Of a stretch of 64,000 bases of DNA, positions 47,601 through 58,700 are shown piece by piece (position 1 is the stretch's first letter; each line of letters opens with the position of its first letter). The translations under genes were made by a program, and so were the position numbers. This stretch comes from Sphingobacteriia bacterium (GTDB lineage: Bacteria > Bacteroidota > Bacteroidia > Bacteroidales > UBA7960), in contig JAABRR010000010.1 of assembly GCA_011390785.1 (NCBI GenBank), forward strand, positions 4,784 through 68,783, in the 5' to 3' direction. The notes beneath the pieces were generated by a model, which worked only from the letters and a program-made list of their open reading frames with translations, was not told the DNA's origin and did not search any database.

Positions 47601-48710
47601 TTAATCGCGGAAAAGTAAGAGTGGAAGATTACTTGTAGTAATGAGTTTTTTGGTTAGGCCAGGTTTGAAGATTCGTTGCAGCAAGCTGCGCTTCTTATTG
47701 GAAAGGGCGATAACATCAATATTGTTCAAGTCGCAAAAGGCTTCCAAATCTACAACAGGATTTTCACCCCTAATAAAGTGAGTTTCTACCTGAGCTGCCG
47801 GATTCACTTCGTTAAAATATTTTCTGAGATTATCCATTTTTAATTGTTCCCATTTCTCTTTTGAATCTTTAGATACATGCACACAATAGATTTTTACATC
47901 AAATGCTGATACGATGTAAATAAGCCTGCGAATTGCCACATAGTCAGAGTCATCAAAATTTGTAGCATATACAATATGTTTAATACTGGCAAAATTATCA
48001 ACCTTAGCTTTAGCAGGTATAGCTAATACAGGAACTTTAGATTTATCCAGAACCCTGTATACAACGCTTCCAATTATATCACTTTGTTTTTCACTTTTCC
48101 CTTTCGAGCCTAAAACAATTATTCCAGGTTTATAAGATATAGCTGTTGAAGCTATTTCATCTTCCACAATTCCTTCTCGAAGGGTATAACTTATTTTTAT
48201 GTCTCCAAAACCATCAAGATTTGCTTTTTCCTTGATCTGATTAACAAAATTAACTAGCTGATGCTTAGCCTGATCTTCCATCTCTCTAAGGTTTATATCC
48301 ATATCAACCTGAATAGAATACGCATCTGTTATAGGAACCAAATCAACAATAGGAGCATAGAAAACGTGTAGAATTTTAATATCAGCAGCGTATTTTTTCG
48401 CTAATCTAAGGGCATATAAACAGGCAGTTTTAGAAAATTCAGAAAAATCAACGGGTACTAAAATCCGTCGGATTTCTTTTTGATCGCGTGATTCTTTCTC
48501 TTCCTGATATGTTTTTAACTGTGTCAGAATTCGGGCTGCCTTCTCCAGATCGGATTCTTTAATTTGTACTTGCACACCTTCAGAAACAGCCCCCTGAAGA
48601 AGATTTACGTTTTTCAAATAACACTCTATACCTGCACTTTCGAGCCTGGCTTTTAGAATTTCTGCTGCGGTATAATGGTCTGTAGCTATGGTAATCAATC
48701 GATCTTTCAT
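47601..48710 (-). CDS. Tandem universal stress protein (2x Usp domains) with an N-terminal DUF2007-like domain
   Basis: ILVPVDFSEFSK...LHV...IVLGSKGKS and a second repeat (IVYATNFDDSD...VHV...IALSNKKRS). The N-terminal ~70 aa resembles the putative signal-transducing DUF2007 fold. Confidence 0.7.
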   Translation of the reverse strand: MKDRLITIATDHYTAAEILKARLESAGIECYLKNVNLLQGAVSEGVQVQIKESDLEKAARILTQLKTYQEEKESRDQKEIRRILVPVDFSEFSKTACLYALRLAKKYAADIKILHVFYAPIVDLVPITDAYSIQVDMDINLREMEDQAKHQLVNFVNQIKEKANLDGFGDIKISYTLREGIVEDEIASTAISYKPGIIVLGSKGKSEKQSDIIGSVVYRVLDKSKVPVLAIPAKAKVDNFASIKHIVYATNFDDSDYVAIRRLIYIVSAFDVKIYCVHVSKDSKEKWEQLKMDNLRKYFNEVNPAAQVETHFIRGENPVVDLEAFCDLNNIDVIALSNKKRSLLQRIFKPGLTKKLITTSNLPLLLFRD

Positions 48711-48864
48711 GACTTTTATATTTTATACTGCTAAACGAAATTAAAGTTGGCCTAAATATACGAAAAATCAAACAAGAATACAAGCGTATTAAGTAGCATG
48801 TAGAAGAATCAGGATTGATAATTACAATTTTAAATTTAGAAAGAAAAGGTGATAATAATCGCAC

Positions 48865-49365
48865 CTATTTCGAAAACTTAGATCTGGTTTCTTCGCTCAT
48901 AATTGAAACCTTATTTTTGAGCGTATTTTTAAATTCTATAATACGATCACTGATTTGTTCATTAGTTGCTCCAAGAATTTGTGCAGCTAATATACCGGCA
49001 TTTTGTGATCCGTTTAAGGCTACTGTAGCCACTGGAACTCCTGCTGGCATTTGCAGGATAGAAAGTATTGAGTCCCAACCATCAATACTATTGGATGATT
49101 TTATGGGTACACCAATTACCGGAAGGGGTGTTAATGATGCTATCATTCCGGGTAGATGAGCAGCTCCTCCTGCTCCTGCAATAATAACTTTATACCCCTT
49201 TTTATGAGCATTCCTGGCAAAATCAAGCATTTTCTCAGGTGTACGATGCGCCGAAACAATATCAACATCTGCTTCTATTTTCAATTCGGCTAATACTTTA
49301 AAAGCTTCTTCCATTACTGGTAAATCGGAAGCGCTTCCCATTACAATCGCTACTGGTTTTTCCAT
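48865..49365 (-). CDS. purE: N5-carboxyaminoimidazole ribonucleotide mutase
   Basis: VAIVMGSASDLPVM...SAHRTP...AGGAAHLPGM. Confidence 0.93.
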   Translation of the reverse strand: MEKPVAIVMGSASDLPVMEEAFKVLAELKIEADVDIVSAHRTPEKMLDFARNAHKKGYKVIIAGAGGAAHLPGMIASLTPLPVIGVPIKSSNSIDGWDSILSILQMPAGVPVATVALNGSQNAGILAAQILGATNEQISDRIIEFKNTLKNKVSIMSEETRSKFSK

Positions 49366-49570
49366 AATTCTTATGTATATGATATAAAAAAATTTAGTAA
49401 AACAGATACATTCCTGATCAAATGGTAATCATTGATTCAATTCTTAAACGTTATTTTTATGTTACCGAAAACCCTGAAATTCAATGCTCAAAATAAAATA
49501 AGTTAAGTACTTTCATCTTATACAAGACAGGGAATATTATACCTTCCGCATTTAAATCAAAGTTTATCTT

Positions 49571-50734
49571 TCAGTTTGTTGATATAACTTTTATAATTCC
49601 CTTTACTTTTAGGGCTTTTTGTTTTGCCTCGTCGAGATTGTCTGCCGTAACAGTAACATGTCCCATTTTTCTAAATGGTCGGGTTTCAGTTTTTCCGTAC
49701 AAGTGTATATAAACTTCAGCTATTCTAAGCAATTTTTCTGCGCCCTGGTAAACCACAGGCCCTGAAAAGCCTTCTTCACCTGTTAAATTTACCATAACCG
49801 CAGGTCTGATTATTTTGGTTTCGCCAAGAGGAAATCCAAGTATCGCACGTAAATGCTGTTCAAATTGTGATATAGCACACCCCTCTATGGTTAAATGCCC
49901 GCTGTTATGCACTCTGGGTGCACATTCATTTATCCATAGTTCTCCCTTTTGTGTAACAAACATTTCCACAGCCAGAGTTCCTGTAAGATTTAGTTTTTGA
50001 AGCAGAGAATGAACCAATTCTGATGCATTTTTTAAAGTTTGCTCTGGTAAAGAAGCAGGACAAAAAACATATTCAACAAGGTTTGCAACAGGGTGAAAAG
50101 ACATTTCTACCGGAGGAAAAGTTTTTATTTCTCCAGTTTCACTTCTTGCTGCAACAATAGCTATTTCATGTTCAATAGCTGCCAGTTCTTCAATTAAACC
50201 GGGTATCTCCGGTATTTTTTCAATATCTTGTTTACTTCTTATTATCATTACTCCTCTCCCATCATATCCGCCTGTAGCAGCTTTCCATACAAATGGCAAC
50301 TGAAAAGAATTTTTCTCAATTTTTCTTTTCATTTCAGCCAAATTTTTGAAACCAAACCACGGAGCTGTAGGTAAGTCATTATCAACATAGAATTGCTTTT
50401 GAACGACCTTATTTTGAATTAATTCTACAATTTCGGGCTGAGGGAACACTTTTTTACCCTGTTGCTGAAGATCTTTAAGCGCCTGTGTATTAACATTTTC
50501 AATCTCAATGGTAACAATATCGCAATCTTTTGCAAATTCTATAACTTCATCATAATTATTGAAGCTGCCATTAATAAATTCTTTGCACCCAACAACACAC
50601 GGGGCATCTGTTGATGGATCTAGCACCTTGGTATATAAATCATACTTTTGAGTAACTTCGAGCAACATTTTCCCTAATTGCCCACCGCCTAAAATGCCAA
50701 TCTTCTTTTCTTTCGACGAAAAATAATTCTTCAT
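49571..50734 (-). CDS. purK: N5-carboxyaminoimidazole ribonucleotide synthase (ATP-grasp)
   Basis: IGILGGGQLGKM N-terminus, an ATP-grasp core (GYDGRGV) and NECAPRVHNSGH. Confidence 0.9.
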   Translation of the reverse strand: MKNYFSSKEKKIGILGGGQLGKMLLEVTQKYDLYTKVLDPSTDAPCVVGCKEFINGSFNNYDEVIEFAKDCDIVTIEIENVNTQALKDLQQQGKKVFPQPEIVELIQNKVVQKQFYVDNDLPTAPWFGFKNLAEMKRKIEKNSFQLPFVWKAATGGYDGRGVMIIRSKQDIEKIPEIPGLIEELAAIEHEIAIVAARSETGEIKTFPPVEMSFHPVANLVEYVFCPASLPEQTLKNASELVHSLLQKLNLTGTLAVEMFVTQKGELWINECAPRVHNSGHLTIEGCAISQFEQHLRAILGFPLGETKIIRPAVMVNLTGEEGFSGPVVYQGAEKLLRIAEVYIHLYGKTETRPFRKMGHVTVTADNLDEAKQKALKVKGIIKVISTN

Positions 50735-50914
50735 AGTTTAAAATTATGGTTATGGCAAAGTTAGAAAATAAATTTGTTGGCCTTTCTTTTGAATATCCAA
50801 CTTTTATATAAATACTTGGTTAAGTATTTTATTACTTTAATGGCATTTTGCAAAAAAAACTATCTTTGTTTTACACCCTCATATATTGTTTTTTTAACGA
50901 TCTAAAACCCTTTT

Positions 50915-51736
50915 ATGAACCGTGTATTACTCTTTTCTCTATTTTCCTTTTTTTTGACTTCTTCCTTTTTAAAGGCATCTAATGATAATTACCCATTTGG
51001 CGGAAGAGCGGCTGGTATGTCAAATGCATCAGTTACCTTATATGATTTTTGGGCAGTAAGCCATAACCAGGCAGGATTAGCAAAGATGGAAAATGCCGCT
51101 GCCGGAGTATATTTTGAAAATAGGTTCTTAATTGAAGAGCTTAATTTTGGAGCAGGGGCATTTATCTACCCCACCAAATTAGGCGTTTTAGGTTTTAACT
51201 TTACTTACTTTGGCTTTGAATTGTATAACGAAACCAAGATTGGTATTGCTTATGCCCGCAATTTTGGAGAAAGATTTTCCCTTGGTATGCAGCTTAATTA
51301 TCACAATACTGGTATAGGAGAAAATTATGGCAATAGAGGAAATATTACAGCTGAGCTTGGAGCTATATTTCATATTCTGCCACAGCTAAGTATTGGTGCT
51401 CATCTTTATAACCCTGCACGAGCCAAAATCGGAAATTTTGCTGATGAACGAATTCCCACCATTTTTAAAACAGGCCTGGGTTATGAGTTTTCTGAAAGAG
51501 TTCTGGTTGTTTTGGAAGCAGAGCAAAGCATCAATCATAAACCCGTTTTTAAAGCTGGAATTGAATATCACATCATAGACCCAATATTTATAAGAGGGGG
51601 AATTGGTACAAATCCCAATAGCAATTCTTTCGGTTTTGGCTTGCTAATGGGAAATCTTGAAGTTGACCTTGCAACATCATATCATTATTTATTGGGTTAT
51701 TCGCCCCAGATAAGCATGATTTATAACTTTAAATAA
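50915..51736 (+). CDS. Outer-membrane beta-barrel protein (PorV/PorQ-like, tentative)
   Basis: Signal peptide, alternating amphipathic beta-strand pattern, aromatic-rich C-terminus (SMIYNFK). Family call is tentative. Confidence 0.55.
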   Translation: MNRVLLFSLFSFFLTSSFLKASNDNYPFGGRAAGMSNASVTLYDFWAVSHNQAGLAKMENAAAGVYFENRFLIEELNFGAGAFIYPTKLGVLGFNFTYFGFELYNETKIGIAYARNFGERFSLGMQLNYHNTGIGENYGNRGNITAELGAIFHILPQLSIGAHLYNPARAKIGNFADERIPTIFKTGLGYEFSERVLVVLEAEQSINHKPVFKAGIEYHIIDPIFIRGGIGTNPNSNSFGFGLLMGNLEVDLATSYHYLLGYSPQISMIYNFK

Positions 51737-51747
51737 ATAATCTTAAG

Positions 51748-53892
51748 ATGTTGAACAACAATACTTACAATTATTTATTATTTGTGAAAAAAATCCTGAT
51801 TATTTTTTTCCTGGGAATTAATGTTACCCTTGCACAGGAGAATAACCCATCTCAATCAATTACTCGAGAATCCCCCCCAATCCAGAGTATTGATGAAGGC
51901 AGATTTCAACAAAGAATTGAAACATTGATTGAAGAATCTGAAGAAGAGATAGATTTTACAGAACTAATTGAAGAATTGGAAGTTCTCAGGTTAAGTCCAT
52001 TAAACATTAACAATGCAAATGCATCAGATCTGAAAAGAATCTTTTTTTTAACTGATATTCAAATCAACAATCTTATTTTGCACAGGGAGCGGTTTGGCGA
52101 CCTGATTAGTATGTTGGAATTACAAACCATTGATGGCTTTGATCTTGAAACCATTGAATTACTGGCTCCTTATATCGTTGTTGAAGAAAAAGTGGCGAGA
52201 AGACAAATAAAGTTTTCTGACATAATTGAGCGAGGTAATAGCCAGTATTTTCTCAGATTTCAGCAGCTATTCAATGAGCAAAAGGGATTTTCACCTGCCA
52301 CTGCAGAAGAACTTGAAGAGAACCCAAATTCGCGATATCTTGGCAGCCCCTTTAAGCTTTATAGTAGATATCGTTTTACCTATTATAATAATTTAAGTAT
52401 AGGATTAACTGCCGAAAAAGATCCCGGTGAAGAATTCTTTAAAGGCACACAAAGCAATGGTTTTGATTACTACTCAGGGCATTTTTATATTAAAGATATA
52501 GGGAGAATTAAGTCGCTGGCGTTAGGAGATTTCCAGGTGCAATTTGGCCAGGGATTAACGTTATGGTCGGGTCTGGCCTTTGGAAAAAGCTCAGATGGGG
52601 TAAATATCAAGAAAAACGGATTAGGTTTACGACCATATACTTCAGTAGATGAAAACAATTTTATGCGTGGTGGTGGAGTAACCCTTTCTTTGGGGCAATT
52701 TGAAGTTTCAGCTTTTTACTCTAATAAATACCGGGACGCCAACATTCTCGAGTTAGATACTGTTGAACAGGAAGCCCTTGCAATTACCAGCCTACAACAA
52801 ACAGGGCTACATAGAACACCTGGGGAGCTTTTAGATAAGAATGCTGTAAATGAGATATTTATGGGATCCAACCTTTCCTGGAAAAAAGATGGTTTTCAGG
52901 TTGGTGTTACAGGTTATGCTATGGATTTAAGTGCTGATTTGGATCGAAGACTGTCTTTTTACAATCAATTCGACCTTAATAGTAGCACAAATTGGAACGT
53001 AGGAACTGATTATAGTTACATAATCAGGAATTTTAATTTATTTGGTGAACTCGCAACCAGTCAGAGTGGTGGATGGGCAGTTTTAAATGGCCTTATGATG
53101 AGTCTTGATCCTCGTTTAAGTTTAAGTATCCTGCACCGCAAATTTACCACTGATTATCAATCGCCTCTAAGTGTTGCATTTTCAGAGAACACAAGAGTAA
53201 ACAACGAAAATGGTTTTTTTATAGGTCTGGAAGCCAGGCTATCGAGACGATGGACTATAAATGCATATGCCGATCATTTCTCATTTCCCTGGATGCGTTT
53301 CAGAACCTATAGCCCATCAAGAGGATTTGATTATTCCATACAACTAAATTATCGCCCTGAGCGCAGGGTAGAAATGTATGCACGCTATCGAATAAAAAAC
53401 AAACCCATCAATTCGCCTGACATTGTACCTATAAGATATCTTGACGACCAGGTAAGACAAAACATTCGTATACACTTTAGTTACGCGGTATCGCCATCTT
53501 TTACTCTTAAAAACAGAGTTGAATGGATTGACTTTCAACACGGGCCAAAGAAGCAGCAAGGTTTTCTGATTTATCAGGATGTAGCCTTTCGCAATTTTAG
53601 CAGCCCATGGGCTATAACTGCCAGATATGCTATATTTAATACAGATGGGTTTGATTCCCGAATTTACGCTTACGAAAATGATGTATTGTACGCGTTTTCC
53701 TTTCCTTTTTACTCCGATAAAGGCCATAGAGTCTATTTTGTGGCCCGGTATCGTCTGAATAGAAATATTGACCTTCAGGCCCGACTTGCACAAACCGTTT
53801 ATACCAATAGAAATGAAATTGGAACCGGTCTTGATCTTTCTGATGGAAATTCGCGCACTGAGATTAAAGCCCAGATGAGAATTAAATTTTAA
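51748..53892 (+). CDS. Helix-hairpin-helix (ComEA-like) domain protein fused to a large outer-membrane beta-barrel
   Basis: Signal peptide. LNINNANASDLKRIFFLTDIQINNLILHRERFGDL is HhH-like. The ~550-aa beta-strand-rich region ends in AQMRIKF, an OMP-type terminal Phe. Confidence 0.68.
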   Translation: MLNNNTYNYLLFVKKILIIFFLGINVTLAQENNPSQSITRESPPIQSIDEGRFQQRIETLIEESEEEIDFTELIEELEVLRLSPLNINNANASDLKRIFFLTDIQINNLILHRERFGDLISMLELQTIDGFDLETIELLAPYIVVEEKVARRQIKFSDIIERGNSQYFLRFQQLFNEQKGFSPATAEELEENPNSRYLGSPFKLYSRYRFTYYNNLSIGLTAEKDPGEEFFKGTQSNGFDYYSGHFYIKDIGRIKSLALGDFQVQFGQGLTLWSGLAFGKSSDGVNIKKNGLGLRPYTSVDENNFMRGGGVTLSLGQFEVSAFYSNKYRDANILELDTVEQEALAITSLQQTGLHRTPGELLDKNAVNEIFMGSNLSWKKDGFQVGVTGYAMDLSADLDRRLSFYNQFDLNSSTNWNVGTDYSYIIRNFNLFGELATSQSGGWAVLNGLMMSLDPRLSLSILHRKFTTDYQSPLSVAFSENTRVNNENGFFIGLEARLSRRWTINAYADHFSFPWMRFRTYSPSRGFDYSIQLNYRPERRVEMYARYRIKNKPINSPDIVPIRYLDDQVRQNIRIHFSYAVSPSFTLKNRVEWIDFQHGPKKQQGFLIYQDVAFRNFSSPWAITARYAIFNTDGFDSRIYAYENDVLYAFSFPFYSDKGHRVYFVARYRLNRNIDLQARLAQTVYTNRNEIGTGLDLSDGNSRTEIKAQMRIKF

Positions 53893-54113
53893 CCCGGCAA
53901 AATGATATAACAATTAGTTTTGTTTAATTTAATATAAATTTATTTTTTTCTATAACTTTGCTGCCTTTACTGCCTTTTCTTTTCTGATAATATACTCCGT
54001 ATTATTTTAAGATTAGCTTAAAACAAATACTGTAGCGTTAATATAAGAAGATTTTAATATAATTTTTGAGAATTACCAATTCACTAATTATCTAATTTTA
54101 ACTAAACTACAAT

Positions 54114-55679
54114 ATGGATTTAGCTTTAGGTTTATTGATCTTCGGGTGGATTTTTGTACTCGTTTGGGTACCCATCGTTATTATGTCTCAACGTAAAATG
54201 CACCCCAAAGCACTTTTTACTTTATTTTTTACGGAAATGTGGGAGCGATTCTCTTTTTACGGAATGAGAGCACTATTAATCCTTTACATGACTAAAGTAT
54301 TGTTTGATCAGATGGCACAAGGGGAAGCCGATGCTCGGGCTTATGGTATTTATGGTGCTTATAATGCACTTCTTTATGCTGCACCTCTGCTGGGTGGTTT
54401 ACTTGCTGACAGAATTATGGGTTTCAGGCATGCAATAATTCTGGGAGGTGTTTTAATGGCATTGGGGCAATTTGCTCTGGCTCTTTCCGCAGGTATAAGT
54501 CTGGGTGAAACATCCTTCTTTATTGGTTTGGGCTTACTTACGGTTGGAAATGGTTTTTTCAAACCAAATATTTCCAGTTTTCTTGGCACATTTTACACAC
54601 AAAACGATTCAAGAAAAGACAGTGCTTTTACAATTTTTTACATGGGGATTAATATCGGTGCGTTTCTGGCCCCGCTAACCTGTGGTTACCTTGGCCAAAG
54701 AATCGATTGGTCGTTGGGGTTCCTTGTAGCCGGAGTAGGAATGGTATTGGGAGTAGTGGTATTCTGGAGAAATATGCGTGCTTTTGAATTTAAAGGTACT
54801 CCCCCTGATATTGCTAAATACACAAAGCCTTTTTTTATGGGTTTAAACAAACAATGGCTTATTATTATTGGATCTTTCCTTGTAGTTCCCATTTTTACGT
54901 TACTAATTAATGCTGAACTGGTTACCAGCTATATTTTGGTAATTGGAGGTATAGGAATTATTGGATATTTAATTATTTCATCGCTTAGAGCTGAAAATAA
55001 GCAAGATGGACAAAGGATGATTGTATTTATATTTCTTTTCTTTTTTCACATGATTTTCTGGATGCTTTTTGAACAGGCAGGTGGCTCGCTGAATATTCTA
55101 ACCGATCGATATGTAAATCTGCATGGATTAGAAGCTTCTCAGCTACAGTCTCTTAATCCCTTATATATTATATTGTTGGCACCGGTCTTTTCCTGGATTT
55201 GGGCCAAGCTTAGAAAAGTGAACAGAGAGCCCAGTACACCAATAAAATTCCTTTTTGGTTTACTGCAAATGGCAATTGGGTATTTTGTTATTGTTTGGGG
55301 AATTCGATCTGTTATTGGCACCGAAGGTCAAGCAACTTTGGTTCCGCTAATATTTCTTATAGGTATGTATTTTTTCCATACCACTGGTGAGCTAAGTCTT
55401 TCACCCGTAGGACTTTCAGTAGTTACAAAACTGGCACCAGCCAAAGTAGTTGGGTTTGTTATGGGGGCCTGGTTTTTATCTATAGCCTTTGCCCATAAAA
55501 TTGCCGGTGAGTTGGGTAAACTTATTGCAGAGCCTACAGAAGGCACCTTAGCTACTGATGCTTTAAAGGCTTTTGCTGATGTATATCTTATTTGGGGTGT
55601 ATATATTGTGTTGGGAGTGGCAGTAATTCTGCTTGTTTTATCCCCTATTCTTAAAAAATGGATGCACGGAGTTAACTAA
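54114..55679 (+). CDS. POT/PTR2-family proton-dependent di/tripeptide transporter
   Basis: MWERFSFYGMRALLILYM and GGLLADR signatures. About 14 TM segments. Confidence 0.9.
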   Translation: MDLALGLLIFGWIFVLVWVPIVIMSQRKMHPKALFTLFFTEMWERFSFYGMRALLILYMTKVLFDQMAQGEADARAYGIYGAYNALLYAAPLLGGLLADRIMGFRHAIILGGVLMALGQFALALSAGISLGETSFFIGLGLLTVGNGFFKPNISSFLGTFYTQNDSRKDSAFTIFYMGINIGAFLAPLTCGYLGQRIDWSLGFLVAGVGMVLGVVVFWRNMRAFEFKGTPPDIAKYTKPFFMGLNKQWLIIIGSFLVVPIFTLLINAELVTSYILVIGGIGIIGYLIISSLRAENKQDGQRMIVFIFLFFFHMIFWMLFEQAGGSLNILTDRYVNLHGLEASQLQSLNPLYIILLAPVFSWIWAKLRKVNREPSTPIKFLFGLLQMAIGYFVIVWGIRSVIGTEGQATLVPLIFLIGMYFFHTTGELSLSPVGLSVVTKLAPAKVVGFVMGAWFLSIAFAHKIAGELGKLIAEPTEGTLATDALKAFADVYLIWGVYIVLGVAVILLVLSPILKKWMHGVN

Positions 55680-55690
55680 TGAAGCCTATT

Positions 55691-55732
55691 AAAAAAAAAG
55701 ATGTTACGAATACAGTAACATCTTTTTTTTTT
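55691..55732. terminator. Bidirectional intrinsic terminator between convergent genes
   Basis: A9-AGATGTTAC-gaataca-GTAACATCT-T10. The 9-bp stem is perfect. Confidence 0.7.
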
Positions 55733-55734
55733 AA

Positions 55735-58700
55735 TTACCAGCCAGGCCAGAAACTTAATCCCCAAACACCTGGCCACCTTTCCTTCAAACTAAAGGGAAA
55801 CGCGTAATAAGGTTCAAGAATTAATGCCCCAAACAAATTTATTCTCAAGGAAGGGCCTGTGCTAAAAACCGGAAATCTGTTACCGCCTAACATTTTGTCT
55901 GGATCCAGAGTAATTGTCGAATTGCTATTCCACGCCAAACCTGCGTCAAGAAACCAGTTGAGCTCAGTAAAGAAAAATCCGCTTGATATCAATGCTAATC
56001 GCTCAGGACCAGTAAAGGGCACTTTAAGCTCAAGACCACCTAATAAAAGTCTGGTTCCCTGCAGTTTTTCGAAAGAAAAATTTCCGGCTTCATCAAATAT
56101 TTGATCGCGAATACTGTAGAGTGAACTGTAATCAAAGCCTCTCATATAACCAGGATAACCCAGATATAAAGGATAGAATAAATTATTGTTGGCATCATTT
56201 CCATACCGCCCATAATGAGCTGCGCGGAAGGCAATGCTTATTGGCTTTCTAAAGAAATACTTACGATAATCTGCAGTTACGTTATACATATCTATCTCGC
56301 CGAACAATTTTTCAGCACTAAACCGATATCTGTGCCCTGTCATAGGGGATGCCATTCCGAAATAGGAATTATCACCCACATAACCCAAACTTACCCTTTG
56401 CAAGTTAAAACCTTCAGGAGCATCACCTTTTGATCGGTCCTGGCCTGCATAAAAACCAAACTCATCATAATAAGTATGAAAAATATCACGTCGGAAATAG
56501 TACCATGCATGGTTGGCACTAATTTCTAGCCTTCGGGTGGTTGAGAAAGGGTAAAAGGCAAACATTCCAAACTGAGTTTCAAAAGTCCTTTGAATAACAA
56601 ATTGAAAATCGGTAAAAGTACGATCATCTTCACCAAAATTCTCAGTGCCTATATTTAGGAAAGCAAACGGATACGGAATATGAGATACGCTCCCCCCCCA
56701 ACTTAACCGTTTTTTTTGGTTAACATAGCCTACCTGACCTCCGAAATCATAAACTTCACCATTAACAGAAAGCATACTAAACAATTGATGATCACCAATA
56801 ATATCGCTAAACATCATGGCAACACCACCGGACATACCCGTTCCAAAGCGGCTGGTTGCAGCACCAACACCAGTACTACCAATATAGGTAAGGCCAAACT
56901 TCGGTTCAAAGGTTTTCTCAGAAAATGAATCTACAGGAAATACGGGTTGACGTGTTTCGTTGCTAAGCCATTTATCTATCATTGGAGAAGTACTTCTTGT
57001 TAAAGGAGGCAATGAGGCCGGAGTCATATCGATTTCATAAGGATCTACTTCAATAGCAGAAAAGTCAGAAATATTAGCACGGTAAATTGAATATTTGCCT
57101 TCATAAAAATAGCTATAGGCTATTTCACCAGTATTTCTTGCAACTGTTATAGCTGGAGATTGATGAGTAATACCCGTAACACCTGTAAAATAATCTGTAA
57201 GTCGAAATACTTTTTTATCAGCCAGATTGTATTTATACATGTTACGAAACCCATCGCGATTGGAAAGAAAATAAATATTTTCGCCCAGTTCATCAAAAAC
57301 CGGATTAATATTGGTTGTAAATGGGAAAACGTCCAGAACTTCAATAGCTCTATCAGGATGTGTCATATCCATTTTCCCGATAAACATACTATAGCTTAAT
57401 GTATCAGCATTGTAATTTGACGGCAACATATCTGTGGCAAAAGTAAGATACTTTCCGTCTGGTGACCAGGATGGGTGAATATAAGAATATCTATCATTGG
57501 TGAGCATATCTACTTTGTTAGTTTCCATATCCAACCTGTAAAGGTTACCAATACCATCTGCAAGCCCTGAAAATACGATATATCTTCCATCTGGAGACCA
57601 TGCCGGATTATTAAGAGCAGGCACGCCATCAATAGAGATATGGCTTGAGCGTCGGGGTCTTTTTGTATCAACCACAACCAGCTGGTTGCGACCTCCCTTA
57701 ACAGCAACATGAACAAATTTTCTACCGTCGGGCGACCAGGTACCAACCGATTCAAAAAAATTGAATGCATCAATATCTGCACTTCTGGTGGTACTGGAGA
57801 GTTTTCTTATTACTTTTCCTGTTTTGGCATCAGCAAGAAAGAGATCTAAAGAAAATAAATCCCTTTCTGAAAAGAAAGCAACATACTTTCCATCCGGACT
57901 TAAAGAAGGAGAAATATTCATGTTTCCTGAGTTTTCTTCATCAAGAAGAATAGAGCCTCGTGGTAAAAGCCTTGTAGAATCTTCCAGATATTGCTCAAAA
58001 TGTGAAAATGTGGCACTCCGCCATAAGTTAGACACAGTTGTTGCATTAAGACCTATAATTCGTTCAATAGCGCTTTCATAACCAAACTTGGCTGTTTCTC
58101 TGTAAAGAGGACCAATAATATCGTCTCCCCATGTTTTGCCAATAAAAGAAATAAAAGAATGTCCATATCTGTAGGGGTTATAAGAGTAATCTCGGGTCAT
58201 TTCTTTTAGCGATGGAAACTTGTCTTGCCTGACAGCTTCTCTCATAATCATGGAAGTGTTGGCATCAACACTTCCTATAGAAAAATATTCTGCCATACCT
58301 TCAACCATCCATAAAGGTAAATTACGCAAAGAATTTAAAGAGAGTGAGTCGTCAATAAACAGAGCTCTGAAATGAAAGACGTGAACTAACTCATGCCCTA
58401 TAACATGGTCTGTTTGTGCATTGGATTCCAAAACAGGAATTACAACCCTGTTTTTCAATGCTTCAGTAACTCCTTGTGTGCCTATGCCAATAGAACCGCT
58501 AACAGCTGTTGTTTGTTGAAACTCAGGATGATTCTGATAAATTAGAATCGGACTGGGTTTTTCAAAGGTATCTTTAAAAAGAGTCTGATGCCTCAAGTAC
58601 CAGTGCTCAAACCTGTTAGCTAACGCATTGACAACAGAATCGTTATCAAAATAATGATAAATTGTAAAGTTAGGTGATTGGTAAACCTTAAAGTCGAAAG

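Noticed and set aside
53344-53913. 189-aa minus-strand ORF
   Set aside because: It is almost entirely antisense to the C-terminal barrel of the 714-aa HhH-barrel gene. It has no motif and its composition is typical of a shadow frame.
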